From an uncultured delta proteobacterium (GTDB lineage: Bacteria; Desulfobacterota; Binatia; Binatales; Binataceae), in the NCBI GenBank assembly GCA_963711565.1, contig CAVQEQ010000002.1, forward strand, positions 240,181 to 304,180: DNA of 64,000 nt, read 5' to 3'. Both the position numbers and the translations under genes were made by a program. Shown here in pieces: positions 59,999 to 64,000 of this stretch; position 1 is the first letter of the stretch; the number at the start of each line of letters is the position of its first letter. The notes under the pieces are model-generated. The model worked only from the letters and a program-made list of their open reading frames with translations, did not search any database and was not told the origin of the DNA.

Positions 59999-61048
59999 AT
60001 GAGTAGTTCGATTCCAGTTCCTTCGCCGGCGTGGACGCTCAAATATTCCGGCATCGCGATCACCGCGCGGATTGAAAAGATGGTTCTCGCGATCGAGTAC
60101 ACGAGCTTCGAGGGCGGCGAGTCACCCGACCTGGAAATCACGCTCGAAGATCGCGACCGGCGCTGGCAGAACCAATGGTTCCCGCAGCGCGGCGACCAGG
60201 TAGATCTGTCGATCGGGTACACCGGCGCGCTGGCGTCGTGCGGGACCTTCCAGGTTGATGAAGTCGAGCTGGATTTGCCGCCCGACCAGGTGAAGATGAA
60301 ATGCCTGGCTGTGACGATCACGCCCGACGCGCGCACGCCGAACAGCCTGCCATATGAGAACATGACGCTGGCGGCGATCGCGAAGATCATCGCCGGCAAG
60401 CACGGCTGGACGCTCATCCATGCGCCGGAGGCAATCAACATCCAGTACGACCGCGTGACGCAGAATCAGGAAACCGACGTTGAGTTTCTGCATCGGCTCG
60501 CGCGCGAGAACAATTACGATTTCACGGTCAAGGGCGGCCAACTGATCTTCTATTCGCGCACGCAGCTCGATCAGCAGGCGCCGGTCGCGACGTTCCGCCG
60601 CGGCGACGGAAATATCGTGCGCGGCAACTTCAAAGCGAAGACGCTGCCGACTTACAAGTCATCAACCGTCAGCTATCAGAACCCCGATACGAAGGAATTG
60701 ATCACGGGAACGGCGGATGCTGATCCGCCGGTCGCAGTGGGCGATACGCTGACGCAGCAAATGCAATGCGAAAATGCGCAGGACGCGACGCAGAAAGCGC
60801 GGGCGGCGCTTTACGATCACAACATGCTGATCGTAACCGGCACGCTCAATATTCCGGGCCAGATGGTATTGACCGGGCAGCCGATAGCGGTCGCCGGCTT
60901 CGGAAAGTTCGACGGCAATTACATGGTTTCCAAAGCAATCCACCGGCTCGGTCGCGACCAGGGATATTCGACGCAGTTAGAGCTGCGGAGCCTTAACGCG
61001 CCGGCCGAGGGAAGCGGACCAGATGCGGGGAGTGGCGATGATGGGTGA
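59999..61048 (+). CDS. phage late control D / baseplate hub protein (GPD family)
   Basis: D.LEITLED.D.RW...WFP..GD, G.F.VDE.E, VTQNQETD.EFL.RLA, G.GKFDG.Y.V..A.H.L. Confidence 0.9.
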   Translation: MSSSIPVPSPAWTLKYSGIAITARIEKMVLAIEYTSFEGGESPDLEITLEDRDRRWQNQWFPQRGDQVDLSIGYTGALASCGTFQVDEVELDLPPDQVKMKCLAVTITPDARTPNSLPYENMTLAAIAKIIAGKHGWTLIHAPEAINIQYDRVTQNQETDVEFLHRLARENNYDFTVKGGQLIFYSRTQLDQQAPVATFRRGDGNIVRGNFKAKTLPTYKSSTVSYQNPDTKELITGTADADPPVAVGDTLTQQMQCENAQDATQKARAALYDHNMLIVTGTLNIPGQMVLTGQPIAVAGFGKFDGNYMVSKAIHRLGRDQGYSTQLELRSLNAPAEGSGPDAGSGDDG

Positions 61049-61343
61049 GCGCGTGAAAATGGTACCGACCGCCGCGGACCAGGTTGTCAACGAGCTCGAG
61101 GCGCTGGCTAAGCCGCTCGTCGCCGCGATCGCCACGGCGCGACGGATACGCGCGATTTCGCTGCCGGGCGCCGACGATGCGCGCAACGGCAACGGACTCT
61201 TTCAGATCGCGCGTGGCTTCGGCAAAGAATTTCGCGGCGCAGTCGCCGCCGCCGAACGGTTCGCGCGCGACCTGAAGGCGTTGGAAGAGGCGATGCAGAA
61301 AACTGCGGACCGTGTTTCCTGGCATCAGCGCGGCGAGTTCTGA
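61038..61343 (+). CDS. small helical hypothetical protein
   Basis: between gpD and tape measure, overlapping start. Confidence 0.55.
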   Translation: MMGERVKMVPTAADQVVNELEALAKPLVAAIATARRIRAISLPGADDARNGNGLFQIARGFGKEFRGAVAAAERFARDLKALEEAMQKTADRVSWHQRGEF

Positions 61344-61348
61344 CGCGT

Positions 61349-63310
61349 ATGGCGCTGCGCGACTTTCTTTTCGGCTTCAAGTTCCTCGCGACAGATTACG
61401 TCTCGCCGGTTCTCAAAAATATCGAGCGGGGGATTGACGCGGTCAACGAGCAGGTTAAGAACACCGCGCGTTGGCGTGAAACGGCAACCAATTTAGGGAT
61501 GCTCGGCGCCGGTATGATCGGGTTAGGCGGTGGCGTCGGCTACGTGATTAAGGGTTTCGTCGATAACGCCGCGGACCTGGACGAACATCTCCGGCACTTG
61601 AGCACGACACTCGACTCGGGCGCCGCCGGCGTTCGCGAGCTGGCCCAGGCGCATCAGTTAGCCGCGAAATGGTCCGTCCAATATAACTACGCGCAGAAAG
61701 ATATTATCGACAATTTGTACAAGTCGATCAGTTTCACCGGCAGCTATGCCGCCGGCTTGGCGGTCACAAATGCGTCCCTGGCGGTTGCCAAGGGGAACAT
61801 GGGCGACGTCGCAACGACTGGCCAGTCACTCTCGATCATGCTTAACGACTGGCCGGGAAAAGTCGGGCAGACCGCCGCGCAAGTGAAGCATTTGGCTGAC
61901 CTGGTCGCACACACGAGCCGGCACGGCGCCTTCGGTTCGGTGAACGATCTCACATCCGCCGTATCGATAGCGGCGGGCTCGATAAAAGCGGCCGGTCTGG
62001 GGCCAGAAGATACGATGGCGCTGGTTCAGGCGTACTCGCGCGTTGGAATGGTCAGCACGGAGGCTGGCTCGGCAATCATCGAGACGCTGTCAGCGTTCTC
62101 GAAAGGGAAGCTGCAAAAAGAACTCGGCGTCGCGCTTGCAACGACCAGGAGCGGCGCGCTCGATGTCATCGGGACGATGGTCAATCTGCGCCACGAGATG
62201 GGTTCCGGCGTCATCACCGCGCAGCAGTTTCAACGCGCCTCCGCGGCGCTGGGAATACGTGGCGAGCGCGCTCTCGCGGTGGACGTCAATGCCCTGGTGG
62301 ATTTTCGCAAGCAGCTCAGCAATCCGAACCTCATCAACGGCGCTGCGATGCAAGGCGCGATGACGATGATGGGCGCGTTCAACGAACAGATGGGCTCACT
62401 CGGCAAGCGGTTTGACATTCTGTCTGAGGCACTCGGCACACCCTTGCTCGGTCCGATTACGAGCATCGGCAATGCGATGGGCTATGTTCTCGACGAGGTT
62501 ACCGCATTCGTAAATTATGCTCCGGGCGTCGCGAAATGGGCGGTGATCGGCGCCGCTGTCGGTTCCGCGATACTGGTGGTCGGCGGCGGCCTGCTGGTAG
62601 CAACGGGCGCGCTGTTTGCGGCCTTTTCGTTTCTCCCGGCGATGGCGACAGTGACAGCCGCGGTCGGCGGTGCCTTCTCTTTTCTGGGCAGCGCGGCGAC
62701 GTTCGCATGGACGGCGGTCACCGGCCCGATCGGGCTGGCAATAATCGGCATCGCAGCGGTGGCCGCTGCCGCGTATGAGGTCTATGAGCACTGGGCGGCC
62801 GTCAAAGCATTCCTGGTGAGCTGGGGCAGTGCGGCGACGTGGAAGAACCTCGGCATGAATATCCTCAGAGGCATCGGCGAGGGAATCGCCACTGGCGCTG
62901 TTTACTTGCTCGGGCCGCTGGGCGGTGTCGCGAAACTGATCATGGATCATTTTCCGCATTCGCCGGCGCGTCTCGGTCCGCTGCGGTATCTGCACCAAGT
63001 ACACATCGTCGAGGAGCTGTCGCGCTCGATTCAGCCAGGCCCCGCGCTGAGGGCGATAGGGCGCACGGCCGCGGCCATCGCGATCGCGGCGCCGATGGTG
63101 ATGTCGCCGATGATGGTATCGCCAGCGATGGCGGGAACCTCAAGCGGCTCGCATGGCGGAATCGTAATCCAGGTGCGTCAAGAGATTCGCATCGACGGTG
63201 CGATCGCCGGCGACGAGCAAAAGCTGATGGCGATGCTGCGACATCATGGGGAGGAGCTGGCCGAAATAATCGATCGGCGGATACAGCACAAGTTGCGCCG
63301 CGGGTTTTAA
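61349..63310 (+). CDS. phage tail tape-measure protein
   Basis: ATDYVS..L.NI N-terminus; Ala/Gly-rich; GPIGL.I.GIA......YE.YEHW..VK; PHSPA..GPL. Confidence 0.9.
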   Translation: MALRDFLFGFKFLATDYVSPVLKNIERGIDAVNEQVKNTARWRETATNLGMLGAGMIGLGGGVGYVIKGFVDNAADLDEHLRHLSTTLDSGAAGVRELAQAHQLAAKWSVQYNYAQKDIIDNLYKSISFTGSYAAGLAVTNASLAVAKGNMGDVATTGQSLSIMLNDWPGKVGQTAAQVKHLADLVAHTSRHGAFGSVNDLTSAVSIAAGSIKAAGLGPEDTMALVQAYSRVGMVSTEAGSAIIETLSAFSKGKLQKELGVALATTRSGALDVIGTMVNLRHEMGSGVITAQQFQRASAALGIRGERALAVDVNALVDFRKQLSNPNLINGAAMQGAMTMMGAFNEQMGSLGKRFDILSEALGTPLLGPITSIGNAMGYVLDEVTAFVNYAPGVAKWAVIGAAVGSAILVVGGGLLVATGALFAAFSFLPAMATVTAAVGGAFSFLGSAATFAWTAVTGPIGLAIIGIAAVAAAAYEVYEHWAAVKAFLVSWGSAATWKNLGMNILRGIGEGIATGAVYLLGPLGGVAKLIMDHFPHSPARLGPLRYLHQVHIVEELSRSIQPGPALRAIGRTAAAIAIAAPMVMSPMMVSPAMAGTSSGSHGGIVIQVRQEIRIDGAIAGDEQKLMAMLRHHGEELAEIIDRRIQHKLRRGF

Positions 63311-63317
63311 AAGAAAA

Positions 63318-63539
63318 ATGCGAGCCGTGATTGTCGCGGCGCTGGCAGCCGCGATGCTGATCACAATCATCGCGACGGTGATGGCTTCGCCGACCGCAAC
63401 GCCGACCGCAACGCCGAGCGCGACCGCGACGGCTCTGCGATTAACCAGGACGAATGAAAATGAGCAGGATGCCGGCAATATGGGAAAAGCGCAGCGGTGG
63501 CGTGGGCGCGTATTTGAGGCCAACCGATCGATCGGCTAG
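63318..63539 (+). CDS. small secreted/membrane protein with PTAT repeats
   Basis: hydrophobic N-terminus followed by SPTATPTATPSATAT. Confidence 0.45.
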   Translation: MRAVIVAALAAAMLITIIATVMASPTATPTATPSATATALRLTRTNENEQDAGNMGKAQRWRGRVFEANRSIG

Positions 63540-63544
63540 CCGAT

Positions 63545-63855
63545 TTGTTCGCCGGCGATGCGATCCTGTCGTCGCAATTCTTTGGTCTCCGGCGATCCGT
63601 ATCGCCAACCTATCGGCCGATTCAGAGGCTAATGCTCGCGACGCTCGCGGACGCGATGAACTGTTTTCTCAACTATGCCGAGGTGCATCCCGTCAGTCGG
63701 CGTGGCCGTCTGCGCAGTGAAGCTGGACGATGGCTCTTCGATGAGGCGGCGGCCGCGCCTTCTCATTCGGCTGGATCTGTGACGGGCTCGGAATCGACGC
63801 GGCCTATCTGCGGGGCGGAATCCGACGGCTTGCAGGCTCATCAAATGGCCTTTGA
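63545..63855 (+). pseudogene. frameshifted conserved hypothetical (RLMLA.L.DA..CF / FSF.WIC..LG.D..YLR type)
   Basis: first frame QRLMLATLADAMNCF...WLFDE; shifted frame from 63760 FSFGWICDGLGIDAAYLRGGIRR. Confidence 0.6.
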
Positions 63856-63929
63856 AAGGCGCTCAGTGGATTAAAACTGACCGTCGAAGTGAGGGCGCTG
63901 ATAGCCTGACGGTCGGTTATAGCTCAGGT

Positions 63930-63995
63930 ATGATCAAAGCTAGCTTCCCGGAGATGATCAAAGCTAGCTTCCGAGCGCGATCAAACCGAGCTTCT
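63930..63995. repeat. tandem 19-bp repeats, period 23-24 bp
   Basis: ATGATCAAAGCTAGCTTCC at 63930 and 63954; degenerate GCGATCAAACCGAGCTTCT at 63977. Confidence 0.85.
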
Positions 63996-64000
63996 CCCGA

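Larger units (their letters stand above)
50854..64000 (+). mobile_element. compact Mu-like transposable prophage / mini-Mu (possible satellite); boundaries approximate
   Basis: repressor-ner-A-B module, gemA, DUF3486, protease I, gpD, tape measure; repeat arrays at both sides. Confidence 0.85.

Noticed and set aside
59999-63310. Tailocin / contractile injection system
   Set aside because: No sheath, tube, spike or baseplate wedge genes, and it is embedded in a Mu transposition element
63930-63995. CRISPR array
   Set aside because: Spacers are only 4-5 bp and there are no cas genes; better explained as protein-binding repeats

Overview
GC-rich bacterial DNA; the gene mix (DUF1329, acyl-CoA dehydrogenase, PTAT-repeat proteins) suggests a Binatia/Deltaproteobacteria-like host, which is inference only. 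There are three blocks. (1) About 1.4-26.5 kb: an apparent fluoride-response island with SIX fluoride (crcB-motif) riboswitches on both strands. They precede ilvD plus a MutS-ATPase pair; an inorganic pyrophosphatase plus a dynamin-like GTPase; a 108-aa orphan; DUF190-CBS plus crcB/fluC; a Ni-less hydrogenase-4-like (Ehr) membrane complex; and an operon of Zn-motif protein, metallophosphoesterase, HEAT protein, dynamin-Zn-motif fusion, MFS transporter and small helical protein. (2) About 26.6-48 kb: accessory/housekeeping genes (DUF1329, a duplicated leader-ORF/RNA module, lipase, FKBP, xth/Prim-Pol/LigC, RND efflux, GH63 glucosidase). (3) About 48.3-64 kb: an IS21 element followed by a compact Mu-like transposable element (repressor, Ner, MuA, MuB, GemA, small terminase-like, prohead protease, gpD hub, tape measure). 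No capsid, portal, large terminase or tail sheath/tube gene is visible, so it is a candidate mini-Mu/satellite with terminal repeat arrays. All calls come from motif reading by eye; no searches were run.
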